A program made the position numbers and the translations under genes. A model generated the notes under the pieces. That model ran no database searches, was not told the DNA's origin, and saw only the letters and a program-made list of their open reading frames with translations. Of a stretch of DNA of 50,530 nt, positions 17,278 to 27,249 are shown piece by piece. The DNA is from Candidatus Methylomirabilota bacterium. Its GTDB lineage: Bacteria > Methylomirabilota > Methylomirabilia > Rokubacteriales > CSP1-6. The DNA lies in NCBI GenBank assembly GCA_035649755.1, contig DASRIY010000474.1, positions 1 to 50,530 on the forward strand. The letters are read 5' to 3'. The first letter of the stretch is position 1. Every line of letters begins with the position of its first letter.

Positions 17278-18768
17278 TCAGAGATCGCCGAGCCCGAGCT
17301 CCTCCCACCGGGCGCGCACTCGCGCCTCGTCCTCCGGAGCCGGCCGGACGGTCGGCGGGAACCGCTCACCACCCCACTCCTTGCGGCGCTCGAGCTGCCA
17401 CGAGCGGGTCGCGTCGATCAGGACGCGGTTCCAGAGTCCGGTGCCGAGCTGCGCCACGTCCCGGTCCTCGAGCGGCGTGCTCGGGTCGATCGGCGAGCCG
17501 AAGATTCCCGGGAAGACCACGATGCCATCGCGGCCGGCGTTCACGCGGTGGGCGAACGCCCAGTCCACCTGCTCGTACGACGAGGGGTCGATGTCCTCCT
17601 CGACGACGATGACGTGCTTGTAGCGGAACTGCGCCGCGCTCGCGCCCCACAGGGCGGCGGCGATCTGCTTGGGTTGTCCCTGGTAGGCCTTCTTGATCTG
17701 GACCACGATGTTCACGCCGTTCGTGATCGGCGGGACGAAGACGTCGCGAATGCCCGGAATGCCGGCGTTCGTCAGGATGTGCCAGGCGATGGCCGCGCGC
17801 TGCACCGACGACATCACGCTGTTCTCGCTATACGAGCCGGGCAGCGTGCCCTCCAGGCAGCCGCGGAAGATCGGATCGCGGCGGTGCGTGATGCACGTGA
17901 TCTGCATCGTGGGGCGCGGCGTCGGGATGTCGGAGACGTAGCCCGTGAACTCGCCGAACGGCCCTTCGGTCTCGTAGGTCGCCGGGTCGTCGCTGATGAA
18001 CCCCTCGATCACGATCTCGGCGCTCGCCGGCACCTCGAGATCGACGGTCTCGCAGCGGACCAGCTCGGCGGGCTCGCCCCGATAGGCGCCCATCACGTCC
18101 CACTCGCAGACACCCGGCGGAATCGGCGACCCGGCCAGGAAGGGCATGATCGGATCCCAGCCGATGACGCAGGCGACCGGCATGGGCTCACCGCGGGCCG
18201 CGTACTTCAAGAAGTGCTGGCCCCAGTGCTGGCCGCCCTTGATGAGCAGGAACGGCGTCGTGTTCTTCTTGCCGACCATGCCCCGATAGATGCCCACGTT
18301 CATGACGCGCGTCTCGGGATCGCGGGTCACGATGCCCGAGAACGTGTGGATATAGCGGCCGCCCTCGAGGTAGTGCCACTTCGGGACCGGGAACTCCGTC
18401 TGGTCCACATCCTTGCCGCGCACGACCACGTCCTTGACGGGCCCGGTGGCGACGATCCGCGGCGCGATCGTCTGCCGGTTCAGTTTCATGACGTGCTGCA
18501 CCAGGTCGCGATTGGAGATGTCGCGCGGAAACCCGAGGGCCAGCGCCAGGCGGCCGACGCTGCCGAGCCCGCTCACCAGGAGCTTCGTGCACCGCCCGGT
18601 CTCGTAGCCCTTGATGTTCTCGAACAAAAGCGCGGGGCCTTTCTTCTCGAGCACGCGGCGCGCGATGGCGCCGAGCTCGCGGTCCCAGTCGACCGGGGCC
18701 GTAACCCGTCGCAGCTCGCCTTCCTTGTCCAGGCGCGTGATCCACTCGCGGAGGTCGACGAAGCTCAT
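17278..18768 (-). CDS. UbiD-family (prFMN-dependent) decarboxylase
   Basis: Start ATG 18768 (MSFVDLREWI). GPALLFENIKG, NVGIYR, VPASAEIVIEG and EGPFGEFTGY. Confidence 0.9.
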   Translation of the reverse strand: MSFVDLREWITRLDKEGELRRVTAPVDWDRELGAIARRVLEKKGPALLFENIKGYETGRCTKLLVSGLGSVGRLALALGFPRDISNRDLVQHVMKLNRQTIAPRIVATGPVKDVVVRGKDVDQTEFPVPKWHYLEGGRYIHTFSGIVTRDPETRVMNVGIYRGMVGKKNTTPFLLIKGGQHWGQHFLKYAARGEPMPVACVIGWDPIMPFLAGSPIPPGVCEWDVMGAYRGEPAELVRCETVDLEVPASAEIVIEGFISDDPATYETEGPFGEFTGYVSDIPTPRPTMQITCITHRRDPIFRGCLEGTLPGSYSENSVMSSVQRAAIAWHILTNAGIPGIRDVFVPPITNGVNIVVQIKKAYQGQPKQIAAALWGASAAQFRYKHVIVVEEDIDPSSYEQVDWAFAHRVNAGRDGIVVFPGIFGSPIDPSTPLEDRDVAQLGTGLWNRVLIDATRSWQLERRKEWGGERFPPTVRPAPEDEARVRARWEELGLGDL

Positions 18769-19775
18769 CGAAATAACACCGGCGCGACCTCGTTGAGGAA
18801 GCGCTTGAATTGACCCACCTGGTCCCACGAGCCGAAGCGCAGCGCCATGTGGCCGACGCCGGCGTCGAAGTAGGCGCGGAGCTCCTCCACGCATTGCTTG
18901 GGGGCGCCCGAGATGGTCCACTGCTCCACGAACTGGCGCGAGAAGTTCGACGTGTAGTACTTGTCGAGGAACGCCTTCGTCTCCTCGAGCCCCTTCTGGC
19001 GGTCCTCGGTGATGTTGATGTTGTGATAGAGCGCGCTGCCGAGCTTCGCGGGGTCGCGCCCCTCCTCCCGGGTCATGGCCGCGATGCGGCTCCACTGCTG
19101 CCGGAATTCGTCCGGCGTGAGCTTGTTCGTCATCCAGCCGTCGGCGTAGCGCGCGATGCGCCGAAAGGAGCGTTCCACGACCGCGTCGGACGCGGAGGCG
19201 CCGCCCTTCCACGTGAGGCCGGTAGGATTGGACGCGACCCAGATCGGACACGGCTGCTGCACCGGCCGCGGCTCGAGCGTCACGTCCTCGAACGAGTAGA
19301 ACCGGCCCCGATGCGAAACGTTCTTGCCGCCGAAGAGCTTGCGCAAGATGTCGATGCCCTCTTCCAGGCGTCCCACACGCTCGGCGGAGGGGATGCTCAT
19401 GACGCTGTGTTCGGCGGCCTGCGCTTTGTTGGCGTCGCTCGGCCCGCCGAGACACACCGCGAGCAAGGTCCGGCCGCTGGAGAGCACGTCGAGGCTCGCC
19501 CACTGGTGGGCCAGCATGACCGGATGGCGATGAACGAACGTGGCCATGCAGCCGACGCCGAGACGCAGCTTGGTGGTCACGCCGGCGAGCGCGGAGAGCA
19601 GCGTGATCGACTCCAGGCGCGGCTTGGCCAGCAGGCTGTCGCCGGCCCAGACGGCGTCGAAGAAGCCGGAGCGCTCCGCCTGCGCGGTGAGGTCGACGAG
19701 ATCCGCTACCTTGACGGCGCCGAGCACGACTGCGCGATTGGCCACGATCAGTCCGAACGACGGCTTTGCGGCCAC
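18765..19775 (-). CDS. LLM-class (luciferase-like) flavin/F420-dependent oxidoreductase
   Basis: Start GTG 19775. FDAVWAGDS, LDVLSSGR, PRPVQ.PCPIWVA and ARYADGW. Confidence 0.85.
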   Translation of the reverse strand: MAAKPSFGLIVANRAVVLGAVKVADLVDLTAQAERSGFFDAVWAGDSLLAKPRLESITLLSALAGVTTKLRLGVGCMATFVHRHPVMLAHQWASLDVLSSGRTLLAVCLGGPSDANKAQAAEHSVMSIPSAERVGRLEEGIDILRKLFGGKNVSHRGRFYSFEDVTLEPRPVQQPCPIWVASNPTGLTWKGGASASDAVVERSFRRIARYADGWMTNKLTPDEFRQQWSRIAAMTREEGRDPAKLGSALYHNINITEDRQKGLEETKAFLDKYYTSNFSRQFVEQWTISGAPKQCVEELRAYFDAGVGHMALRFGSWDQVGQFKRFLNEVAPVLFR

Positions 19776-19777
19776 GG

Positions 19778-20545
19778 CTACCTCCCTGTGTAGTTCGGCG
19801 GACGCTTCTCGAGGAAGGCGGTCACGCCTTCTGCGTAGTCGTGCGTCGACCGGAGCCATGCGTACGCCTTGCGCTCGAGCTCTAGCGCCGTCTCGAGCGG
19901 CGCCTCGGCGCCCCGGTTGAGTACCATTTTCAGGGTGCGGAGCGCCAGCGGCGCTCGCTCGGCCAGCTCGCCGGCCAGTCCATTGACGGCCTCGTCGAGC
20001 CCCTCGTTCGGCACGGCCCGGGTGATCAGCCCCCAGGCCTCCGCGCGCTCGGCCGAGATGCGCTGGCCGGTCATCATGAAGAGCTTGCCGCGCGTCATGC
20101 CCATGAGCCTGAGCGCGCGCTGGGTGCCGCCGCTGCCGGGGATCATGCCCAGCCGCACCTCCGGAAATGCGAACTCGGACCGGAGCGTGGCCACGCGGAA
20201 GTCGCACGCGACGGCCAGCTCGAGACCGGCCCCCATCGTATACCCGTCGATCGCGGCGATGACCGGCTTCCGGCACCGCTCGGCGGCGGTGAGCGTGTCG
20301 CCCCACAGCTCGAGATCGGCGGGCGCCAGCGTGAGGAACTCGGAGACGTCACCGCCGGCGCTGAAGGCCTTGCCGCCCGCGCCGCGGATGATCACGACGC
20401 GCAGGGACTCGTCCCGCTCGAGCGCGGCGAAGATCGCCGGGAACTCGTTTCGCATGGCGACCGTCATCGTGTTCATCTTCGCCTGGCGGTCGATCCAGAT
20501 GGTCGCGACAGCGCCGGCGCGCTCGACGCGCAGGAACTCGCTCAT
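19778..20545 (-). CDS. Crotonase-family protein resembling 2-oxoglutaroyl-CoA hydrolase HmfE
   Basis: Start ATG 20545. FSAGGD, KPVIAAIDG, GAGLEL, FPEVRLGMIPGSGG and YAWLRSTHDY. The HmfE resemblance is recalled, not searched. Confidence 0.8.
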   Translation of the reverse strand: MSEFLRVERAGAVATIWIDRQAKMNTMTVAMRNEFPAIFAALERDESLRVVIIRGAGGKAFSAGGDVSEFLTLAPADLELWGDTLTAAERCRKPVIAAIDGYTMGAGLELAVACDFRVATLRSEFAFPEVRLGMIPGSGGTQRALRLMGMTRGKLFMMTGQRISAERAEAWGLITRAVPNEGLDEAVNGLAGELAERAPLALRTLKMVLNRGAEAPLETALELERKAYAWLRSTHDYAEGVTAFLEKRPPNYTGR

Positions 20546-22083
20546 GGCCGCACCTCCGTGTACCGGCCGTCGCGCAGCAGCCGGCGAAGTATCTTGCCCG
20601 AGGCCGTCTTCGGAATCTCCGCGACGAAGACGAAGCGCCGCGGGCGTTTGAAGTTGGCGAGATCGCCGCTCGCCCGGCAGTGCCGGTCGAGCGCGTTGGC
20701 GGTGAGCCCCGGGGCCGCCACGACGAACGCCACCACGCGCTCGCCCCATTTCTCGTCAGGCTCGCCGATCACCGCCACGTCCTTCACGCCGTCGTGGCGG
20801 GCGAGGACGTCCTCGATCTCGACGGGATGGATGTTCTCGCCGCCGCTGATGATCATGTCGTCCACCCGGCCGGCGACCCAGAGGTCGCCGTCAACGTCGA
20901 CCCAGCCCATGTCGCCGGTGAAGTACCAGCCCTCGCGCAGCGCGCGGGCGTCGGCGTCGGGGCGATTCCAGTAGCCGGAAAACGCTTCGTCCGACGTGAG
21001 GCTCGCGATGATCTCGCCGCGCTCGCCGGCCGGCACTGCCTCGTCGGGCCCGACACGCCGCTCGGTGCTCGCGACCACGAGCCGGAGCGTCGAGTGGATG
21101 CCGGCCCGCCCCGCGCAGCCGGGCTTGGCCCGGACGTCGGGGAAGATCGAGAACGTGTAGATCTCGGTCGAGCCGTAGTGGTTGACGAAGACATCGGGGT
21201 GGAACGTCTTCGAGCACGCCTCGGTGAGCGGCGCCAGCATCGGCGCGCCGGCGTATGCGAGCTTGCGCACCGAGGCGACGTCCGTGCGCGCCAGCTCGGA
21301 AGTGTGCGTCAGCTCCCAGAAGAGCGTCGGGATCAGGTAGAGCGCGGTCAGTCGCTCGGTCGCGATCAGCTCGAGCGCGGTCCGGCTCGACCAGTCGGGC
21401 TGGCAGACGAAGCAGCCGTTGATCGCCGCCATGCTGGTGAGGGCGTGAATGCCCATCGTGTGATAGAGCGGCATGACGCCCAGCGTGCGCTCGCCCCACT
21501 CGTAGCCGCACTGGATCACGTGCGCCATGGCCCCTGCGTAGTGATTCTTGTGCGTTCTCGGCACGCCCTTGGGCCGCCCGGTCGTCCCCGACGTGTACAG
21601 GATCAGCGAGAGATCGTCCTCGCTCGGCGGCTCGAGCGCGCGCACGCCGGCGGTGCCACGTTCCAGGTCGGCGAACAGGCTCGTCCCCGCCGGCGCGGTG
21701 TCGCCCACGAACACGCGCCGGATCGAGGTCCCGCCGGTCGCGTCGAGCATCGTCGCGGCGGTCGAGTCCTCGTAGAGCGCGACCTTCGCGCCGGAGTCGT
21801 CCAACAGATAGCGAAGCTCGTTGGCGGCCAGGCGGAAGTTGACGGGGACGGCGACCGCGCCGAGCTTCTGGAGCGCCCAGTAGGCCACCACGTGCTCGAG
21901 GCGGTTCTTGAGGGCGAGGAGCACGCGGTCGCCCGGGGCGACGGCGAGCCGGGCGAAACCCAGCGCCACCCTGAGCGCGCGGCGATCCAGCTCGGCGTAG
22001 GTGAGCCGCTGTCCGCCGTCGACGACGGCCTCGGCGTCGGGCCGGCGGAGCGCTGCGCGCCCGAGGAGGTCGCCGAGCGTCAC
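20542..22083 (-). CDS. Acyl/aryl-CoA ligase resembling 2-furoate-CoA ligase HmfD
   Basis: YTSGTTGRPKG, PLYHTMG, VNHYGSTEIYTF, KPGCAGRAG and GRVDDMIISGGENIHP. Confidence 0.85.
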   Translation of the reverse strand: MTLGDLLGRAALRRPDAEAVVDGGQRLTYAELDRRALRVALGFARLAVAPGDRVLLALKNRLEHVVAYWALQKLGAVAVPVNFRLAANELRYLLDDSGAKVALYEDSTAATMLDATGGTSIRRVFVGDTAPAGTSLFADLERGTAGVRALEPPSEDDLSLILYTSGTTGRPKGVPRTHKNHYAGAMAHVIQCGYEWGERTLGVMPLYHTMGIHALTSMAAINGCFVCQPDWSSRTALELIATERLTALYLIPTLFWELTHTSELARTDVASVRKLAYAGAPMLAPLTEACSKTFHPDVFVNHYGSTEIYTFSIFPDVRAKPGCAGRAGIHSTLRLVVASTERRVGPDEAVPAGERGEIIASLTSDEAFSGYWNRPDADARALREGWYFTGDMGWVDVDGDLWVAGRVDDMIISGGENIHPVEIEDVLARHDGVKDVAVIGEPDEKWGERVVAFVVAAPGLTANALDRHCRASGDLANFKRPRRFVFVAEIPKTASGKILRRLLRDGRYTEVRP

Positions 22084-23108
22084 GAGACCAGGAGGACCTT
22101 CCCCTTGTTCTTGCGATCGAGCACGTGCTGCACGGCGGCACGGGCGTCCTTCAGCGGAAACGCGCGGTCAACAACCGGCCGCAGCCGGCCCTGCACCACG
22201 TGATCGAGCACCGTACCGAGCTCGACGATCGAGCCCAGGTTCGTGCCGAGGACGCGGAGATTCTTCGAGTAGACGTGGCGGAGATCGAGCCGGCCCCAGT
22301 GGGTGTCGTGGGAGCCGATCGTGACGAGCTTGCCGAGCCGGGTGAGCGCGTAGACCGACCGCTCGAACGTCTCGCCGCCGATGTGCTCGACGACCACGTC
22401 GACGCCGCGCTTGCCCGTCCACTTGCGCGTCTCCTCGACGAAGTCCTGCGTGCGGTAGTTCACGACCTGCTCGGCGCCCAGCGAGCGGGCGAACTCGATC
22501 TTGTCGTCGGAGCCGACCGTCGTGATGACGCGGGCGCCGCAGAGGCGCGCGATCTGGATCGCCGCGCTCCCGACGCCGCTGCCGGCGGCCTGGACCAGCA
22601 CCGTCTGCCCCGGCCTCACCTCGGCCTGCGCCACCAGCGCGTGCCACGAGGTGAGCATGGCCAGCGGCACCGCGGCGCCCGCTTCGAACGAGATGGCCTC
22701 CGGAAGCGGCAGGACGTTCGCCGCCGGCACCTTCACGAGCTCGGCGTAGCCGCCGTCCTTGTGCGCGCCGAGGTAGCCGTAGCGAACGCACACCGTCCGC
22801 TCGCCGCGCACGCAGTACTCGCAGCTACCGCAGGAGAAGCCGGGAAAGACGATCACCCGCTGACCCTGCTTGAGCCCCGTGCCACCAGGGCCGGTCGCGT
22901 CGATCGTGCCCGTCACCTCACAGCCGTTGACGTGCGGCAGCCCCTCGGGCGGCGGAAAGCGGCCGTCGAGCAGGAGCATGTCGACCTGGTTGAGCGCGCA
23001 CGCCTTCACGCGCACCAGCGCCTCGCCCGGGCCGATCGCCGGGTCGCGGTAGTCCTCGTACAGGATCTTCTCGGCGCCGCCGTGCTCCCGGAAGAGCGCC
23101 GCCTTCAA
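22080..23108 (-). CDS. Zn-binding MDR-family dehydrogenase/reductase
   Basis: TTG start 23108 with SD GGAGG, overlapping the upstream stop. CGSCEYC..C structural Zn motif and AAGSGVG. Confidence 0.87.
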   Translation of the reverse strand: MKAALFREHGGAEKILYEDYRDPAIGPGEALVRVKACALNQVDMLLLDGRFPPPEGLPHVNGCEVTGTIDATGPGGTGLKQGQRVIVFPGFSCGSCEYCVRGERTVCVRYGYLGAHKDGGYAELVKVPAANVLPLPEAISFEAGAAVPLAMLTSWHALVAQAEVRPGQTVLVQAAGSGVGSAAIQIARLCGARVITTVGSDDKIEFARSLGAEQVVNYRTQDFVEETRKWTGKRGVDVVVEHIGGETFERSVYALTRLGKLVTIGSHDTHWGRLDLRHVYSKNLRVLGTNLGSIVELGTVLDHVVQGRLRPVVDRAFPLKDARAAVQHVLDRKNKGKVLLVS

Positions 23109-24430
23109 AACGGCACCTCCGTGCGCTCGTCCTTGACGCGGCGAGCCTTGTGATCCCACCGCGGGAGCGATCCGGGCTCGCCGATCTCGACAGTGACGCG
23201 GATGCCGAGTCCGATCCGGATGTCGTCGGCCAGCTTCGCGCGAAGCCCGTCGCGCTCGCCGAGCGAGAGAGCAGGGGACGGATCGATGCGGATCAGGATG
23301 TCGTCGAGGCCCTCCTGACGCCGGAAGACGATCTGAAACTCGTCGACGTCGGCGTGCGGCCGCACTAGCTCCTCCACGCGCCGCGGGTAGACGATGACGC
23401 CCCGCACCTTCTTCATGTCGTCGAGCCGCGCCAGCACGCCGCCCTCGAACGCCACGAGCGAGCGCCCGCACGGACACCGCCGGTCGGCGAGCTGGACGAG
23501 ATCGCGCGTGCGGTAGCGGATGAGCGGCATCGCTTCCCGATAGAGGCTCGTGAAGACCAGCTCGCCGCGCTCGCCGGGGCGCACCGGCTGATCCTTTTCG
23601 TCGAGGATCTCGGGATAGCAGTAGTCCTCGTTCACGTGGGTGAGCCCGGACCGGGCGTCGCACTCGAAGCCCCACGCCGCGATCTCGGTGAGCCCGGGCA
23701 GGTCGTAGGCCTTCGCGCCGAACGCGGTCTCGATCTTCGCCCGGGTGGCGGGAATGGACGCGCCGGGCTCACCGGTATGCCAGGTGATGCGCACCTTCGT
23801 GTCCTTGGCGAGGTCGACGCCCTTCTTCGTCGCCGCCTCGGCCAGGAAGAGCGCGTACGAGGGGGTGCAGCCCAGCACCGTGATCGGATAATTCAGGAGC
23901 GCGTCGATCCGCTGATCGGTGGAGAGCCCGCCGACCGGGAAGACCAGGCAGCCCAGATCCTGTGCCGCGTAGAAACCCGACCAGTAGCCGATCCACGGCC
24001 CGTACGAGAAGGCCGCCATGACCATATCCGAGCGGCGCACGCCAAAGGCGTGGAGCGCGCGGGCATAGGAGTGATAGAAGCCGTACCAGTCATCGGGTGT
24101 GTCGAGGAACGCGAGCGGCCGGCCCGTCGTGGCCGACGTCATGTGAATGCGCAGCACGTCCGCCAGCGGCACGGCGAGCACGTCGCCCCACGGAGGCCGC
24201 GCAGCCTGGTTCTCCTTCAGCTCGTCCTTGGTCGTGAACGGCAGCGTCCGGAGATCGGCGAGCGTGCGGACGGCCGCCGGCTTGACGCCGGCCGCCTTGA
24301 GCTTCCGCTTGTAGAATGGGCTACAGCTCGCCGCGTGCCCGAGCTGCGCGCGCAGGCGCCGGGTCTGCAGCCGCGTCATGTCGGTCCGTGACGCGCGCTC
24401 CAGCCGCGGCTCGAGGTAGCGAGAGGCCAT
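23105..24430 (-). CDS. Second PaaK-like aryl-CoA ligase
   Basis: Start ATG 24430 (MASRYLEP). LPFTTKDEL, HMTSATTG, CTPSYAL, MPLIRYRTRD and KARRV. Confidence 0.85.
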   Translation of the reverse strand: MASRYLEPRLERASRTDMTRLQTRRLRAQLGHAASCSPFYKRKLKAAGVKPAAVRTLADLRTLPFTTKDELKENQAARPPWGDVLAVPLADVLRIHMTSATTGRPLAFLDTPDDWYGFYHSYARALHAFGVRRSDMVMAAFSYGPWIGYWSGFYAAQDLGCLVFPVGGLSTDQRIDALLNYPITVLGCTPSYALFLAEAATKKGVDLAKDTKVRITWHTGEPGASIPATRAKIETAFGAKAYDLPGLTEIAAWGFECDARSGLTHVNEDYCYPEILDEKDQPVRPGERGELVFTSLYREAMPLIRYRTRDLVQLADRRCPCGRSLVAFEGGVLARLDDMKKVRGVIVYPRRVEELVRPHADVDEFQIVFRRQEGLDDILIRIDPSPALSLGERDGLRAKLADDIRIGLGIRVTVEIGEPGSLPRWDHKARRVKDERTEVPF

Positions 24431-24441
24431 CCGGCGGCGGG

Positions 24442-24882
24442 TCAGGCGGTCGACAGCTGCTCGCTCATCCGGTTGAAGAACTGATCGGCCATCATCTTCG
24501 ACACGCCGCCGAGCATCCGCTGGCCCACGCCGGCGATGAGGCCGCCGACCTGCACGTCGGCGCTGTAGGTGACGCGCGTGCCGCCGTCGATGTCGGCGAG
24601 CGAAATGAGCGTATCGGCCCGCACGAACCCCGGTCCACCGCTGCCGTCGGCGGCCAGACGATAGGAGTCGGAGGGCTTCTTGTCCAAGAGCCGCACCTTG
24701 CCCTCGAACGTCCCCTTGACGGCGGCCACGCCGATCTTCAGCGTCGCCTTGTATTCGTCGGGGCCGATCATCTCGAGCTTCTCGCAGCCGGGAATGGCCT
24801 TCCGGAGCGTTTCCGGATCGAGAAACGCGCTCCACACTTTGTCGCGGGGCGCCTTGACCTCGTAGGAGCCTTCAAGCTTCAT
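24442..24882 (-). CDS. coxG: CoxG/SRPBCC family protein
   Basis: VWSAFLDPETLRKAIPGCE and VGGLIAGVGQRML; SD GGAG. Confidence 0.8.
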   Translation of the reverse strand: MKLEGSYEVKAPRDKVWSAFLDPETLRKAIPGCEKLEMIGPDEYKATLKIGVAAVKGTFEGKVRLLDKKPSDSYRLAADGSGGPGFVRADTLISLADIDGGTRVTYSADVQVGGLIAGVGQRMLGGVSKMMADQFFNRMSEQLSTA

Positions 24883-24894
24883 CGGTGACTCTCC

Positions 24895-24923
24895 TTAGTA
24901 GAGAACGTCGCGCGGGCTGTCAA
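24895..24923 (-). promoter_or_regulatory. Putative sigma-70 promoter of the coxG-UbiD operon
   Basis: TTGACA (24923-24918) - 17 nt - TACTAA (24900-24895). Confidence 0.4.
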
Positions 24924-24937
24924 GCTGCGACCGCCGA

Positions 24938-26137
24938 TCAGGCCAGGCGCGAGAGCGCCGTGGCCATGCGGGCCAGTCCCTCCTGGATGAGCGCTTCGCT
25001 GGTCGCGTACGACAGGCGCACGTGATCGTCGGAACCGAAGTCGACGCCGGGAACGACCGCGACCTTCGCCTCCTCGAGGAGGAACGCGGTGACGTCGACG
25101 GACCCCTTGAGCGTGCGCGGGCCGTCGGCGCTCTTCCACTGCCGGCCGAACAGCTTCGAGACGTTCGCGAACGCGTAGAACGCGCCCTTCGGCGTGACGC
25201 ACGACACGCCGGGCAGCGCGTTGAGGCCCGGCACGATGATCCGGCGCCGCCGGTCGAACTCGCCGGCCATCTTGGCCACCTCGTCCTGAGCCCCGCTGAG
25301 CGCCTCGACGGCGGCCCACTGCGCGATCGACGCCGGGTTCGACGTCACCTGGCTCTGCACGTCGGTCATGGCCCGGATGAGCTCGCGCGGGCCGGCCGCA
25401 AAGCCGATGCGCCAGCCGGTCATCGCGTACGCCTTCGAGCACGTGTTGATGACCAGCGTGCGCGCCTTCACCTCCGGGTCGAGCGCGGCGATCGACACGT
25501 GCCGCCCCTCGAAGGTCAATGCCTCATAGCACTCGTCGGACACGACGAGCAAGTTCCGCTCGACGGCGACCCGCGCGACGGCGGTGAGCGCGGCCGGCGA
25601 GAACACCGCACCCGTCGGATTGTTCGGGCTGTTGAGGATGACCGCCTTCGTCCGCGGCGTGACGGCGGCGCGGAGCCGCTCCGGATCGAGGTCGAACCCG
25701 GTCGCCTCCTGCGTTGGAACGCCGATGGGCACTGCGCCGACGAGCCGCGCCTGCTCCGGGTAGGACACCCAGTACGGGCTCGGCACCAGCACCTCGTCGC
25801 CCGGGTTCAGGAGGGCGACGACCATGTTGAAGAGCGTGTGCTTGGCGCCGCACGAGACCAGGATGTCGGCCGGCTCGTAGTCGAGCCCGTTGTCGCGCTT
25901 GAACTTGCCGCACACCGCCGCCCGCAGCTCGGGGACGCCGCCGACCTCGGTGTACTTCGTTCGCCCACGGCGCATCGCCTCGATCGCGGCGTCCTTGATC
26001 CGGTCCGGGGTGTCGAAGTCCGGCTCGCCCGCGCCGAACGAGATCACGTCGACGCCGCGGCGCCGCAGCTCCTGCGCCTTGGCCTGGACGGCCAGCGTCG
26101 ACGAGGGGGCAAGCGTCTTCAGGCGATCGGCCAGCAC
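24938..26137 (-). CDS. Class I PLP-dependent (aspartate) aminotransferase
   Basis: GTG start 26137. GAGEPDFDTP, NSPNNPTG, SDECYE and SKAYAMTGWRIG. Confidence 0.9.
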   Translation of the reverse strand: MLADRLKTLAPSSTLAVQAKAQELRRRGVDVISFGAGEPDFDTPDRIKDAAIEAMRRGRTKYTEVGGVPELRAAVCGKFKRDNGLDYEPADILVSCGAKHTLFNMVVALLNPGDEVLVPSPYWVSYPEQARLVGAVPIGVPTQEATGFDLDPERLRAAVTPRTKAVILNSPNNPTGAVFSPAALTAVARVAVERNLLVVSDECYEALTFEGRHVSIAALDPEVKARTLVINTCSKAYAMTGWRIGFAAGPRELIRAMTDVQSQVTSNPASIAQWAAVEALSGAQDEVAKMAGEFDRRRRIIVPGLNALPGVSCVTPKGAFYAFANVSKLFGRQWKSADGPRTLKGSVDVTAFLLEEAKVAVVPGVDFGSDDHVRLSYATSEALIQEGLARMATALSRLA

Positions 26138-26169
26138 GGTGGCTCCTTGTTCGGCGGCAGGCCGCCGGG

Positions 26170-26655
26170 CTAACGGGGCGGGTACTTCTCGGCCAGGCGC
26201 TTCTCGGCGATCGGCGGGACCAGACCGGCCACCGACGTCCCGAAGCTCGCCACTTCTTTGATCAGGCGCGACGAGATGTACGTGTACTTCTCGTGCGGCA
26301 TCAAGAAGACCGTCTCGACGGTACTGCGGAGCTTGCGGTTCATCAGCGCCATCTGGAACTCGTACTCGAAGTCCGATACCGCGCGGATGCCGCGCACGAT
26401 GCAATCGGCGCGCTCGCGCGCCACCAGATCGATCAGGAGCCCGTCGAAGGCGACAATCCGGAAATTGCTGAGCTCGGAGGTGGCCTCGTCGATCATTTCG
26501 AGCCGCTCCTTCACCGAGAAGAGCGGCTGCTTCGCCGGATTCGCCACCACCGCGACGATCAGCTCGTCGAAGATCTGCAGGCTGCGCTGAATGACGTCGA
26601 CGTGGCCGTTGTGCACGGGGTCGAACATGCCGGGATAGACCGCTCGCTTGGCCAC
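26170..26655 (-). CDS. coaD: Phosphopantetheine adenylyltransferase
   Basis: YPGMFDPVHNGH, RGIRAVSDFEYE and YISSRLIKE. Confidence 0.95.
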   Translation of the reverse strand: MAKRAVYPGMFDPVHNGHVDVIQRSLQIFDELIVAVVANPAKQPLFSVKERLEMIDEATSELSNFRIVAFDGLLIDLVARERADCIVRGIRAVSDFEYEFQMALMNRKLRSTVETVFLMPHEKYTYISSRLIKEVASFGTSVAGLVPPIAEKRLAEKYPPR

Positions 26656-26664
26656 GGCGGTAGG

Positions 26665-27219
26665 CTACCCTTCGGCTCGAAAGAAAGTCAAGGTCGTCTC
26701 CCCGAATCGGCGCGCGCGAAACGCGCGCAACACTCCGTATTCAGCAGCCGGCGGACGCTTGGTGAAGTGCTGGGCGATGACGACGCCGTCCGCGGCGACG
26801 AGCGCGCCGGCGCCGAGCATGGCGAGCGCCTGCTCGCCGAGGTCCAGCGCGTAGGGCGGATCGAGAAAGACGATCTCGAAACGCCGTCCGCCGCTGGCGA
26901 GCCGCCCGAGCTGGCGGGCGACGTCACCGCGCGCCACGACGGTGCGAGGCTCGACGCCGAGCATCCGGATGTTCTCGTCGAGTGCCTCGACGGCTCGCGG
27001 GTCGCGCTCGACGAAGGTGGCGTGCGCCGCGCCGCGCGAGAGCGCCTCGAGGCCGACGCCGCCCGCGCCCGCGAACAGGTCGAGCACGCGCGCGTCGGGC
27101 AGCCGCGGCCCGAGCGTGTCCATCAGGGCGATCCGCACCTGATCGGCCGTCGGGCGGGTCGTCGCGCCCCGCGGCGTCGAGAGCCGCCGCCCCTTGAACT
27201 CGCCGGCGATTATCCGCAT
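26665..27219 (-). CDS. rsmD: 16S rRNA m2G966 methyltransferase
   Basis: MRIIAGEFKGRRL, TRPT, LDLFAGAG and FLDPPY. Confidence 0.93.
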   Translation of the reverse strand: MRIIAGEFKGRRLSTPRGATTRPTADQVRIALMDTLGPRLPDARVLDLFAGAGGVGLEALSRGAAHATFVERDPRAVEALDENIRMLGVEPRTVVARGDVARQLGRLASGGRRFEIVFLDPPYALDLGEQALAMLGAGALVAADGVVIAQHFTKRPPAAEYGVLRAFRARRFGETTLTFFRAEG

Positions 27220-27249
27220 GCCCTCACGTCGGCGAGGTGGGAAATCGAG

